From NCBI GenBank assembly GCA_036867785.1, contig CP145410.1, forward strand, positions 434,001-498,000: a stretch of 64,000 nt of DNA, written 5' to 3'. The translations under genes and the position numbers were made by a program. Positions 11,701 through 26,005 of the stretch are shown one piece after another (the stretch's first letter is position 1; each line of letters begins with the position of its first letter). Below the pieces are notes generated by a model, which worked only from the letters and a program-made list of their open reading frames with translations, did not search any database and was not told the DNA's origin. The stretch comes from Plasmodiophora brassicae. Taxonomy: Eukaryota.

Positions 11701-13071
11701 TTGAGGCAAACGACGTTGTTGGTACCAGTCTTAAACAGTGCGCCCACTGGTACGTCTCGCTGAACAGCAACGCCGCCTCGCGAACAAACAAGCCGAACTT
11801 TCGCAAGGCGCCTTGCTGCTGGGATAAAATTGCTGCTTCGATTGCCACTGTGATCTGATCTTGGGGCGAAAGAGCTTCGCATAATTCGTAAGCCCTGCTC
11901 AGGAACCCTGACACAGATTCGCCTGTTAGAAACGGAACATTCGCGAAAGTAGTACAGAAATGCACGAACCTAGTGCATCGATATGAATGCGCCTTTGCTG
12001 CGCCATTCTAGCGAGTCTAAAGTAGGTTTCAATCCGAAGCAATTGGGTGTCCTGTTTTCGCGCATAGTTCCGGATTGCTTTCTCAAGGCGAGCCACGCTG
12101 ACTTCATAGGAAGCGCTTGGCTCGCACGCCAGAATCCCCTCGAGCGCCGCGCCTCGCCACACAAAGTCGCCAGACGATTTCGTGGCTTCGATCGCCGCCT
12201 GGTACAGGTCGCGAGCCTCTGTTACGACTCCAGCAAGCAACCAATGGTCAGCTGAAATTTTCGCAAGCCTACCCTGTTAGAACGATCTTCAACGTCTTGA
12301 AATGGCAATAGATATCTATACATCTCTGACCGGAAGAACCCGTTTGCGCTTGCCAGCATCGAGTTGTATCAGTGGTCTGTCAAGTGGGGTGTGCGGGAAC
12401 TCCTGCATCGAAGACACCGTTCGTGCGCCCTCCATTAGGTTCTGAACGTTGATTTCGGCACACTGTGACCCGACGCAAACAATCATCGACGCTACCTGAC
12501 AGATCGCCACGGTCATATCAAGGACGACAGTGCTCATGTAAAAGTGAAGGTGCTTCTTGTCTGAGTGAGGGAACCTGAACGAACATTAGCTGCACACACT
12601 GTACATAAACGGTCACCAGGTGTACATGATAAGGTCTTTCCTTTCGACGAGGTCTTGCTGAGTGTCTAGCGGCTCAAACGCGAAGCACCTGAATTGTACT
12701 GCCTGGGGAAATCGTTGCTTGACAGCAAGGAACTGCTCATACGCCTTGTCGAGGTCGGGATTCGCCGGGCAGTGCACAATTCCAATAACGGCGCAGATGC
12801 GACGATGCAGGAATAAAGAGTCCCAGTCGGTGCAACGATGGACTTTCGCATCATCGACAAACTCCAATTGCACATATTCGACCTGGCGTTCCGCTTTTCG
12901 GAACACTGTGTCCTGTACCGGCTGCATGCTGTCCTGGTCGATCCTGGAGTTCATCCGGATGGCATCCATGTACCGCTGCCCCTCTTCAGCCGTTGCGGCA
13001 TTGCCTACGGCGACCAGCACGACCTTAATCGAACGGAGCGACGTTGTCCCACTCCACACGTCAATCGTCAT
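8713..13071 (-). CDS. TRAPPC9: TRAPP II complex subunit Trs120/TRAPPC9; many exons
   Basis: N-terminal DWDSLFLHRRICAVIGIVHCP, then LAG..EARDLYQAAIEATKSSGDFVWRGAALEG and GALRKFGLF, then Ig-like C-terminal exons. Internal exon boundaries are not fully resolved. Confidence 0.85.
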
Positions 13072-13643
13072 CGTCGTCACGCAGACGACGACGACCGGCA
13101 CCGGCAAAAATACTTTCTGCAGATCGCCCTGACTGCATTCCGCGTCGTGCCTCAGCCTGGATCGACCTACCTACACACTGACACGCCAACGCGCCTGACA
13201 GCACTATCACTGAAACGCCTTACTTACGTATTCGTCAGCAGCATACGTTGCCGAATCAAGTTCTAGGCTGCCTGCACTTGTTGGCGTAACCAGTGTCTAT
13301 ATCTGATTAGTTTCCCATTAGTGCAACTCGCACTAAGATTCTACCTCCAGTCGACCGTACACTCAGTGAATTCCCGATTTGCGCCCGTGCGTCAGTAGAA
13401 TGGTTCCTCGTGCCAATGTCATGTGACGTTGGGAGATAAGCCACACCTGGCACCTCCAGGTGGTTGTCTCAAGCACGGAAACCATTTCGATGGTGGCCAG
13501 TACCGTCGTGTGGCGAAATATGATCCCCTTCTGCAGGTAATTGATATTCAGGGTGACATGTGAATAGTGTTACTCAAACTATAGAGTGCGAAGCCTATTG
13601 AAAACCTCAGTGTATCATACACTGGACAGTGAAAACTCCAGAC

Positions 13644-13663
13644 TGATCACTGATCAGTGATCA
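13644..13663. promoter_or_regulatory. Perfect 20-bp palindrome in a divergent promoter
   Basis: TGATCACTGATCAGTGATCA is its own reverse complement and lies between TRAPPC9 and Yos1. Function is unproven. Confidence 0.35.
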
Positions 13664-13900
13664 CACAAAGGGCGGACGGCCTCGGTCGGCGTTTGGCCAA
13701 AGGCGTCATTGTCGTCGTCCGGCCACGTTTCCAACGAGCCCACTCGCACTTTTCATGAACGAATGATGGCATCTAGGTGGTGTGAAGAGGGCAAGTCAGT
13801 ACTGCACATATTACGGGACATTGCTGTTGGGTTCGAGATGTGACGACACGGCCTTCGTTCACGACGGCGTTGTGATTTCGCAGAAAGAGTGCGTCGCGCG

Positions 13901-14253
13901 ATGGCGTTGACGATCTACTCGATCATCAAGGCGTGTGTCCTGTGGACGAACGCCATCGCCGTCCTGAACGAAGCAAGGTTCCTGCGCAAGTGTATGATGT
14001 GTGTGTGGGCGGGGGTGTTTACCGTCTGGTCTGACGATCGGGTGTGCAGACGGGCTGGACCGGCCGACGCCCGAGCATTCTGACGACAGTATCAAGAACC
14101 GCATCATAACTCTATTGTATAGCGCAAGGTTCATCCTTCAAGGTCTGTACCTCGCTCGTGCATGTACAGAAGCCTGTGAATACTGACTGCATGACAGCCC
14201 CGTTGATTGGCGTCAATATCTTTATCATCGTCATTGAGATACTGCTGGGCTAG
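13901..14253 (+). CDS. YOS1: Yos1/IER3IP1 ER-Golgi membrane protein; 3 exons
   Basis: MALTIYSIIKACVLWTNAIAVLNEARFLRK, then SIKNRIITLLYSAR, then PLIGVNIFIIVIEILLG*, joined by two GT-AG introns. Confidence 0.9.
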
Positions 14254-14349
14254 CCCATTATGTAACCATAACCATACAGTGTGCTTGCTTCGCGTTCTCT
14301 TTGTTCTTTTCTGCTATTTGCAAGCGAACATTCCGTTCCACAGTCTAAC

Positions 14350-15490
14350 GTGTAAGCTGTGATGCGTCGACGACTGTTGCAAGTGAGTCCCATTAGGTCG
14401 CTGTGCATTGCCATAAAACTCAGGAGCCGCTGCCCAAGCGGGCTCTTTAGTTGTTCTGGTGGTGCGCCGTCTATACGACCGCGCCTATTCTTTTCCAGGC
14501 GAACTGCAGAACAACCTCAGTCGTCTCAAAGTCGAGCAAGGCGATATTTGTGTTTCTGTCCGCTCGATCGCTGGAACTCGTCGGCATTCCAGAGGCATAC
14601 CCTTTCGTAATTTCTACCGGCAACCTGGAGGCCTCACACGTGTGACGACGGTATTAATGAAGGTTATCGCAAACGCAATGCATGAGGAATTGGAAACCCT
14701 AAAGAGGTCGCCACATATCATTTGCGTCGTTGGGTTGCTTGCAGTACTGACCAGCAATGTGATGCTGTGAATGAAATTCGCAACGTTAATTCCTGAGCAT
14801 CATCTTCTGACAAGCCGGGTAACTCTGGCGTACGATAGCACACAGGCCGGGTCGTGTCGGGCGAGTCCCAACGCGCGAGACTTCAGCTCAGTGTAACCGT
14901 TGCCAGTTCGAATCCACCAGAGGACACTGGAAATCGTATACATTAACGCTGAGACGGTGTTGGATGAAATCTGAAGAACATCCAGCAACAGTAAAGACAC
15001 CCATCCTGTCGTCAAGAACGACAGCGGCGGTGGCTAGTACCGGCCCACATATGATGGCTACTAATCCGGCGAACAGAAAAGGGCATGCGAACGCGTTCGC
15101 AGGCCCACAGTACTCCTTTTGCACATAATGACTGATTGCATCGTCAATGCCGAACATCAATGTCATGAAGTACAGCAGGAAAGCGAACTGAAGAGCACCT
15201 CGATCGAACCATTAGTGTGGCAGTACCGAAATACATGGAGACAGCCGTGCTGAAGACCACAACGGCATTGGTTTACGATATCGATCACACACGAACAGGT
15301 TGTTAACAGACGACCCAGCGATAGAGATGCTGTCGCGCTGTGGGTAATTTCTTGCACCGCAGGCGAAGCGCTATGCGCAAAGCAATCGTCTGCATGACTC
15401 CATGAGTTAAGCCGAGGGCTACCTGAACAGCGGAGAGTTAGGCCTCAGGTGTTCCGAAGCTAGTGCGGCAGCGGAATTCGGTTCTTCCAT
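14350..15490 (-). CDS. Probable spliced multi-pass membrane protein; boundaries uncertain
   Basis: Hydrophobic exon-like segments (GALQFAFLLYFMTLMFG, PFLFAGLVAIICGPVLATAAVVL) with splice-like signals. Gene model not resolved. Confidence 0.35.
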
Positions 15491-16210
15491 GGTTAGGTAG
15501 ACGATATCTTGGAGCGCACACGAAGCGATGACCAAAGATATCGCTGGGGCAGATATTCAAGCTTAAAGGTCAGGTGACAGCAACATTACCAAGAGGTCGC
15601 CTAAAACCGCTGGTCCAGCAAGGAGCGTTCGGAGCAGAGAGTCCATTGCTGAAGTGTACTTCCACAAGCGTCCCTCTTCAGCCCATGCACGAGGGCAGCA
15701 AAAAGGTTACATCACCATGCGGTTCCCCGGTGGTCCCCCTCCCGAGTACTGAACAGGCCAAACACCATTTGGCTTCGCAATTCGGAATGAGATACGGCAC
15801 ATTCGGTGTTGTATGAACGTAACCGACGGCATGTGACACGAGGCAGCAACACGACAGTATCCTGCGTCCCATTTCCTTGAGCAGGTCGTCGCCAGCCGAC
15901 CCATATATTGCTTCTGCTCGACTGCTTGCGGGGTCGGTCGGCAACCAATGGCGCGGACAGGCCATTCTCCGTCCCCGATGATGCGGAACCACAGACGCTG
16001 TTCGTCAACAGGCGCTTTGGGAATTTCGCTGTTCGTCTGCTGTTTGCGCCGCCGTCGGGAGTTTGGTGAACCCAGCAAAAAATTCGCTGCAAAACATATG
16101 AAAACGGACCGTGGCGTGCAGCGCGCGGATTGACGGGTAGCTGGCTGTTTTCACGTAGGCACGACGTACGAACATAGGCGTCAGGCTTCCGGGACGGGCC
16201 GTCGAGGTGG

Positions 16211-16235
16211 CATTTGCGCGCGCGCGCCAAATTTC
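16211..16235. promoter_or_regulatory. E2F-like site within a GC near-palindrome upstream of RRM2
   Basis: ATTTGCGCGCGCGCGCCAAAT; the minus strand contains TTTGGCGC, matching TTTSSCGC, about 125 bp upstream of the ATG. Confidence 0.5.
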
Positions 16236-16355
16236 ACCCTGGGGGCTGGGCGGGGGTGGTTTAGCGCCGCGGTCGCGGAAACGTCAACTGCTGGCGCTCA
16301 GACGGCGGGCTCTTCGTCATTTGACGTTTTGCCACATCCGACGTCGTTCGAGACC

Positions 16356-17513
16356 ATGTCGTCGGCAGCATCTGCAACCCGCGATGAGTACGATGAGCCC
16401 ATGCTGATGGAGAACCCGAACCGGTTCGTCCTCTTCCCCATCGAGCATTCATCCGTTTGGGAGATGTACAAGAAACATGTCGCATCGTTCTGGACCGCGG
16501 AAGAGATTGACCTGTCGCAAGATCACAAGGATTGGGCGGCGCTTAACGATGACGAGAGACATTTCATCAAGAACGTCCTGGCCTTCTTTGCCGCAAGGTT
16601 TGACTCTCTGACTGTGCCGATTACATCGACGCTGATGTCTGTTATTAGTGATGGTATCGTGTTGGAGAACCTTGGAAGTCGGTTCCTGCGTGAAGTGCAA
16701 TGGCCAGAAGTGCGATGCTTCTATGGATTCCAACTTGCTATGGAGAACATTCACTCGGAGACGTACTCGTTGTTGATCGACACGTATATCAGAAATTCCG
16801 AAGAGAAACAACGGTTGTTCAACGCGATCGAGACGATTCCGTGTGTCCAGAAGAAAGCAAAATGGGCACTGAACTGGATCGGAGACGACTCGACATTCGG
16901 TAGTGTACTTGTGCTGTGAATCGACGCCGCCATCAACTGACAGATGCTTCCTAGCGATCCGGCTTGTGGCGTTCGCAGCAGTCGAAGGCATTTTCTTCAG
17001 CGGATCGTTCTGCTCGATTTTCTGGCTGAAAAAGCGGGGGCTTATGCACGGGTTGTCGTTCAGCAATGAGCTTATATCTCGCGACGAAGGGCTGCATTGC
17101 GATTTTGCCTGTTTGCTGTACTCTATGATAAAGCACAAGCCACCGCAGGACAAGGTACCATCATTCCAATGGCCTGCTTTGTCAAACTGAACGTGATTAT
17201 GTAGGTTCTCGATGTTATAAAGGAAGCTGTTGAGATTGAGAAGGAATTCGTTTGCGATGCGCTACCAGTTGACCTCATTGGCATGAATTCTCTCCTGATG
17301 TCGCAGTACATCGAGTTTGTGGCTGACCGGTTGCTGGCTGCGCTGGGCCTTCCGAAACACTACAAAGTCGAAAACCCGTTCGAGTGGATGGACCTGATCA
17401 GCCTTCAGGGCAAGACGAACTTCTTCGAGAAACGAGTCGGTGAATACCAAAAGGCCGGTGTCATGAACCAAGACCGTTCCCAGCAAGCATTCAGACTGGA
17501 CGCCGACTTCTAG
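16356..17513 (+). CDS. RRM2: Ribonucleotide reductase small subunit; 4 exons
   Basis: [30 protein letters not shown] (spliced), [24 protein letters not shown] and C-terminal [13 protein letters not shown]...LDADF. Confidence 0.97.
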
Positions 17514-17679
17514 GCGTCCGTATCGTCAACTCGTCATCCGTAATTCAATACATATTTCCTATTCCCAACGGTTTGCCCGGTGCCTTACTGTCAGACAACC
17601 GAAGTTGCCTGCAGGTCTGAGTGCATAGGTAGAGTTCCTCAACGGTTGGATGTATTTGGAAATCGTTTGCGCAAGGCCC

Positions 17680-19771
<2,092 letters not shown>

Positions 19772-20151
19772 TGAACCGCTGTTGCCGAAACGTCAATCAT
19801 CTATCAACCAAACATTTCTCACGCAAATGGACTCTGGAAGCAATATGAACCCGAGCGCCAACTGACATGGTGCATCGCTGGTTCGCCCACATCTGAACGA
19901 CGACGCCCAGCGTCGACCGCCCCGCACGTTTTTCCCTACTCGTTGACCTTACCTAAATGGTTGCTGCACCGGATTGCCATTCATGTATATCGCTTTGGCA
20001 TCGTTAGCCCCTACAGGCGGGGCGACTGCTTCATGGTCCATACAGGCCAGGCGGCGACTCGATGGAGTACATACCTCCGGTAGCCGCCTGGTCACGGAGT
20101 CCGTGGCTCAAGCAGGTAGTGGCTGCCGGGTGGCACTGACGTCTGCCGACC

Positions 20152-21147
20152 ATGGCGCAGGCACGCAATGCCCAGGTCGAGATCAACGAGATCACGTCGG
20201 ACATGATGACGTTCACGCTGTCTGGCACGGACACGTCGGTCGCCAACGCCCTACGACGGGTCATGATCGCTGAGGTGCCGACCATGGCCATCGACCTGGT
20301 CGAGATTCGCGTCAACACCTCCGTCTGCCACGACGAATTCCTTGCGCATCGGCTAGGCCTGATCCCGCTCATATCTGTCAACGCCGACACGTACAACTAT
20401 ACCAGGGTCAGGTAGAGCCCACTGTTACCATCAGAAGGCTCACGCGTTTGCCACAGGATTGTAAATGTGAAGGCAATTGCTCTGATTGTTCCGTTACCTT
20501 TGAACTTTCTGTCGTCAACACGACGATGGACGACATCAGCGTTACGTCACACGATCTTATTGCTCTCGGTGTGTCTGACGTCCGACCAGTGGACAATCGG
20601 GACACGCCTGACAAGGTTGGTGGCGGCACGTCATCGCATTGCGAAACGAGCTCATTCTGATGGTCTTCTCGTTTGGTCTCAGGTTCTGATTGTTAAACTG
20701 GGACCAAATGAAGAATTATCGCTGACAGCGATTGCCCGGAAAGGAATCGCGAAGGAGCACGCTAAGTGGTCTCCCGTTGCCGTTGCAACCTACCAGTTCG
20801 ATCCGCTCGTTCAGGTCAACTCCTCTCGAATGGACACGTTGAGCGAACTGCAGAAGAAGGAATTTGTTGGCAGCTGCCCGACGAAGGTGTACACTTACGA
20901 GGAACAGCACCGGGTCGTTGTTGTGGAGGAGCCCGGCGCCTGCATGTTCTGTGAACAATGCGTGCGGAAGGCCGAATCGTTCAGCATCAAGGACCTCGTT
21001 AAGATTTCGGTGAAGCCGGGCCGTTTCATATTCAAAGTCGAATCCACGGGCGTCATGCCTCCCGACCAGATTGTGTTCTCTGCGCTCAAGATCCTAGCGG
21101 ACAAGCTCGACGCGGTTGACCATGAACTCGCTCTCGAAGGAGCATAG
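20152..21147 (+). CDS. RPB3: RNA polymerase II subunit RPB3; 3 exons
   Basis: SVANALRRVMIAEVPTMAIDLV, DEFLAHRLGLIPL, a Zn-binding Cys cluster, KGIAKEHAKWSP and FIFKVESTG. Confidence 0.96.
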
Positions 21148-21171
21148 TCTATAAATTCGCCATGTATTAAC

Positions 21172-23327
21172 CTATGACTCCCGTTGCGCCAGGTACGCCG
21201 GCCGTTCATGAGGCAGGAACGACCTTCGGGAGTAGAACGTTGCTAAACAATCAGCCCTTAGCATAAAGGGGGAGGGGTCCATATCGGAACCCGTTTACGT
21301 ACCATCCAGCGGATAGCTCATCAGATTGCTGACCCTGCTGGTGTAGATGTCAGCATACCGGGCGATGTTGTAGAAGAACCGTGTTTGGGAGTTGTACGTT
21401 CTGCGGGTACGTCTCGTGAGCATGTGTTTCAGTTCGGTAACAGCGGTCCGATATCGTTACCGGAAAGTGCTCCCAAAGTGCTTGTTGATACAGAGCTTTA
21501 GCAGCTTGCGAGTCGCATCCCGCTCCTGTTTCAGTTTGGCAACGGCGGCCTTTATCTCGTCACCGCCGTACGTTTGGCCATCGGCAATCAGATTCTCAAG
21601 GTACAGCAGCCGATGCAGGTTGCGTCTGTACTCGTGCCCATGCGTAATCTTAATCTCTTTCTCTGATAACGCCAGCTTGTCAGTGCTGCACACTGCCAAC
21701 TACCTGAACGCTGTGGCACGTACCCAGTTCCTTTATAACGGCGGCAGTCTTCCAGGCTCCAAGTCTACGAGACAACGTCAACATTGGGCACTGCTGAGGT
21801 AGATGGCGTCAAGAACCTTTGCGGCTCTACCAAGTCAGAATAAATCTGATCCCCGAAATACAGGACGGAATCACCCGGCCACCCAGTCAACCTCGTGAAT
21901 TCCGTTAGGGATCCTTGCTGAATGATAGGAGAGTTAGGCGAAGGCTGGTCGCACTCAGATCCAGGCACCGTACAGTGTAGATCTCGTTCGGAACGAGACG
22001 GTCGACCCGCGATAGCGATTGCTTCCCAGACGCCTCCACCCGTCGGAATCTGGAGTCGCGGTGGAACCAGGCGGGTTTCCCGGCCGACACGATAATAACG
22101 TCGAATAAGGATCGCCAGTCATCCGAATAGATGAAGCGCATGCCGGCGTCGATAAACGGGAACGGCGAGTTCGACAGAAGGAATGTCTGCGCGTTTCGTT
22201 TGAACAGCGTCGTATGGGGACGACTGGCGCAGCTGACCTTCTTGCCGGCAGCGCGAAGCGTCTGTAGGTACTTCTTCGTCGCCGTGCTTGGTGACAAGTA
22301 CGTCGACGGTTGACCCATTATCATGCTGTGAATGGCGCCGTTCGCATGCAACCGTTCCAGGACCTGCCGGACGTCCTGGTAAATGTACAGTGGGTGGAAC
22401 TCGGCGTTCATGTTCCTGAAATGCTGAACAACGTCCGCAAGAAGACCTGGACCGGTCGCCATGTCAAACGTCATCCGAGTTCCGGCAGCGTTGTTACTGA
22501 CAGGCTTCGGGAAGACTGAATATATCGCTCAGCAGCTTCAGCCGATTCGACTCGTCTATCTGGACGTCAGAAACGGCCCTGAGCACATTGAAACAGGGAG
22601 CGACATACAATCGCGCGGCATGCGACGCCCTTCGTACACTTTGGCGACGATTTCAGTGGGGACCTAACAGAGGCGGACGTGAGCTAGTGCCGACGAGACA
22701 TTCGGGAAGCCGAAGCGTCTGACCGGCTCTCGGCCCAGCATGATTGTGTCCTTCTGAAACTCCCCAAACTGGTCCAGCTTGATCAGGTACCCTGGACGCC
22801 GGTCACGATCATTGCCGACTGGAACGACGTTGATGCGTACCAGTGGTCCTATCGAAGTGCAGGCCTTTGATGACAAAGTCGGGGTCGAACTTGTTGGATT
22901 TCAGTGCAGGCGGGTACCCCATCTTATCGACCAGCGATTCCGCAGCCAGACCTAATGGCGCCCCCGCTCGTGATTCCCCCGGTTCAGTTGCGTCGTGGCC
23001 AATACGTACTGTAGATATGGCTCTCCAGGTTGCTGTTGTAGTTGGCCAGCGTGTAATCGTAGTCGAACCTGGGCCAGATTCACTCTACGGGACATGGCCG
23101 TTGACGTGGTGGACGGCAGACCCGTAGACGTTGATGTAGGTCAGCCCGGTGTCGTTGTTGACAAACACTTCTTTAACGTTGGGCTCCGCGCTGCCGTCGT
23201 CTGGGCCAACGATTGGCGCGACCGCGCTCTGCGCCTGCCGGCAACGTCGCAGGAACTGGGCCGCTTCGCTGCTGATCCATCGTCGCCGACGCCTAGCGCA
23301 CACGCCCAGCAATGGGCGCCACCGCAT
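21172..23327 (-). CDS. HAD-family 5'-nucleotidase, NT5DC2/3-like, with mitochondrial-type presequence; spliced
   Basis: VFVNN...[58 protein letters not shown] and C-terminal [11 protein letters not shown]. Confidence 0.9.
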
Positions 23328-23597
23328 TTACTGTATCTGTGTGTCACACAATCACTGTGCTGAGTGTACGGGTGGGGCCTACCGACAAAAGGCATCGCTC
23401 GCAGCCAGCCAGCCAGCAGCCTGCCGTCGGCCAGGCTGACTGCAATGGTATGACGTGTGATGCCCGGTCTTCATCACACACACAACAGAGCTGGGAGCTC
23501 TGTTGTTTGCGGCCGGTAGGGTATCGGAGGTGCAATTTGTCTGAAATGATAACGATTTATGGCGAGGGCGGGGCATGACGGATGGGGTAGCCGAGCA

Positions 23598-24697
23598 TCA
23601 TGGCAGCGACACCTGCGCGATGGCACAGGCATCGGTGCCTACGACAATGTCGTGCACGGATTCGGGTCGCAGGTCGACACAGTTGAGAGCGGCGCCCATG
23701 TCGATCGACAGGTCGTCGCGGTCCGATCCACCCTCGTCGATGACCATCGCAGACCGTATGTCGGTCAGTGACAGGCGGCCATCCTGCCCGCACGAGAAGA
23801 CGTGCCCGGACCGGCTCGGTAGGCTCGTGATAGACCAGACAGCAGACGCAACCGCATGTCGGCCGATTACGGCCCGGTGCTCGAAACACTCGCCAGACCT
23901 CACTACGAACGTCAGCGTCAAACCATCAATCCCCACACACACGTGACAGGGACTTACAATCCCAGACGCTGAGGGTACCGTCGAGGCACCCGCCAACGAC
24001 CATGTTCTCGTCGACGAGGGCACAGAGCGACGTCAGCTCGCTGTCACACGCCGCCGTCATGACCGGGTCGCAGCTGCTCGGCGAACGAATATCCCACAGT
24101 GCGACGCGCTTCGAAATCCCACCCGTAACGACCGTCGTGGGGCTCGAGAACGCGACCGCTCGTAGCGACCCGCAACTTGCGGACCACTTCGAGACGATCG
24201 ACCCCGATTCCAACGAACTAATGGCCAGGCCGCCGTCAACGGCGACACTGCAGATCCGGTCCAGGCGCTTCTCGAACGCATCGATGGACGTTATCGGCCC
24301 AGCGTGAACGCGTAACGTGCGGACGGGCGCGCCCAGCGACGGTGACGTGATCGCCAGCGCCCCGTCGCCGAACGAATAGACGATACGGTCCAGGTCCGGC
24401 AGGCAGACAAGGTCCATGACGTCCCCGTCGACGGCGGTACTCGCAAGGCGCACGGGCGCCGCCTCCACGTTCGCGTTCATCTGCCACACTTCCACGCTGT
24501 TCGCCTATACGCCCGGAACCCGTTTCACCAACACCGATGCCCGTCCAGACCGACGCCCCGCGACCAACCTTCTGCCCATACGTCCCCAGGACGACCTGCC
24601 GATCTCGGAACCATCGCGCCACCTTGACCTTCCTCTGGACAGCGTGCTTCGCCCACGAGGTCGTCCGGCGCGACGCAGCGGTCGCTGGAACGGCCAT
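23598..24697 (-). CDS. NUP43: WD40 nucleoporin Nup43-like; spliced
   Basis: N-terminal VQRKVKVARW...VLGTY|NSVEVW and DGDVMDL resemble Nup43, followed by WD repeats (VALWDIR, TLSVWD, AVWSI). The 3' end is uncertain. Confidence 0.65.
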
Positions 24698-24785
24698 GGC
24701 GAGCGGCGCCGAATCGACGACAGCGGCGGCGGCGCGCACTGCGCGACACCCGCGAGGCCGACGGCGCCCGTTAGCCTGGCGCCGG

Positions 24786-24805
24786 ACACACACACACACA
24801 CACAC
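24786..24805. repeat. (AC)10 microsatellite
   Basis: Read directly; lies in the 142-bp head-to-head spacer between Nup43-like and the hydrolase. Confidence 0.9.
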
Positions 24806-24839
24806 GTCGTGCCGACACCGGCCTGGGCCAACGACGTCC

Positions 24840-25712
24840 ATGTCGGCCCGTCCGTGCGCGGCGGCGTCCGAGATCGGCACGCTGAAGCGCATCGATGCGG
24901 TCGCAGGTCGGCGCCTGGCGGTGTACGAGCAGGCCGGCGCCGACGACGCCCCGCTGGTCGTGTTCGTCCATGGGTCGTGCGGGACCGCGTTGCAGTGGGC
25001 GTCGCAGATCAGGCAGGTGCACGCCGCCGGGTATCCGACGGTCGCGTACGACTGGTTCGGGTGCGGCCGCAGCGACAAGCCGGACGCGCCCGACGCGTAC
25101 GCGCCCGACGCCCTGTACGGTGACCTGGTGGCCCTGCTGCGCCTGTACCAGCGGTCGTCGCACCCGGCCGTGATCCTGGTCGCCCATTCGGTCGGCGGCG
25201 CGTTCGCGTTGCGCGCGGCTGGCGAACTGGCCGGCGTTCGCGGGACGGTCGTGTCCGGCCCGGTGTACCATGGCGCCGCGTTGCCCTCGATCTTCCATTT
25301 GCCGACCTGGGTCCTGTCCCTGTCGCAGCCGCTGCTGACGAAAGCGTTCGTCAGGAAGGCGTTCGATCCCAGCAACTACGAGCGCCTGGCGGGGCTGATC
25401 GCCGAGGAAGAGGCCCGGTCGAATGCGAACCCGGCGTACATGTTCAAGAGCTATTACCTGCGTCTGCCTCGCTGGTTTGCCGACGACCGATACCATCGCG
25501 CGGTGCGAGCCGTGACGACGCCCGTCCTGGTTGTCAACGGGCGGAACGACCGCGTCGTCGATCGTCGGAACACGGTGGACCTGCTCCAAGCACTGGCCGG
25601 GACGCAGGCCGCACATCACGACGTTGACGACTGCGGCCACCAGGTCATGGAGGAACAGCCGGACCAGTTCTCGCGACATCTGCTGGGTTTCATCCGCCGC
25701 GTCCGTCTGTAG
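24840..25712 (+). CDS. Alpha/beta-fold hydrolase
   Basis: VVFVHGSCG oxyanion motif, YDWFGCGRS, nucleophile elbow AHSVGG, acid in GRNDRVV and catalytic His in CGHQVMEEQP. Confidence 0.9.
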   Translation: MSARPCAAASEIGTLKRIDAVAGRRLAVYEQAGADDAPLVVFVHGSCGTALQWASQIRQVHAAGYPTVAYDWFGCGRSDKPDAPDAYAPDALYGDLVALLRLYQRSSHPAVILVAHSVGGAFALRAAGELAGVRGTVVSGPVYHGAALPSIFHLPTWVLSLSQPLLTKAFVRKAFDPSNYERLAGLIAEEEARSNANPAYMFKSYYLRLPRWFADDRYHRAVRAVTTPVLVVNGRNDRVVDRRNTVDLLQALAGTQAAHHDVDDCGHQVMEEQPDQFSRHLLGFIRRVRL

Positions 25713-26005
25713 AGAACACGATATCGACCAGGTAGGCATGCGACACGTTTGGCGTGTTCGCAGAGCGCTGGCGCGAATCATCATTCCGGGTGGCAGGACG
25801 CCGTTCGATGATGAGGTCGCTTAGCAGCAAGAATGCGGGCGAATACGGATTGAGGACCCGATCGATGACTTGGGATCGTGATTGTACCTATCCTCGCAAA
25901 GCCTCGTTGTGGACGCTGAGGAAGGAAGTAGTGCATGTGTACCTACCGTTGAAGAATCCACTCTGGACAGGGTGCCGGCAGATGGTCCTGTGTGACTGGC
26001 ACTAC

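Noticed and set aside
8600-16000. Visibly lower GC over TRAPPC9 and neighbours as a sign of foreign DNA
   Set aside because: The region encodes ordinary intron-rich eukaryotic genes, so this is likely regional codon-usage variation. GC was not computed.
15500-16130. Overlapping short ORFs upstream of RRM2
   Set aside because: No recognisable motifs or consistent exon chain.
24236-25784. Long minus-strand ORFs (379 and 337 aa)
   Set aside because: Shadows of the alpha/beta hydrolase and alternative frames of Nup43-like in very GC-rich DNA.
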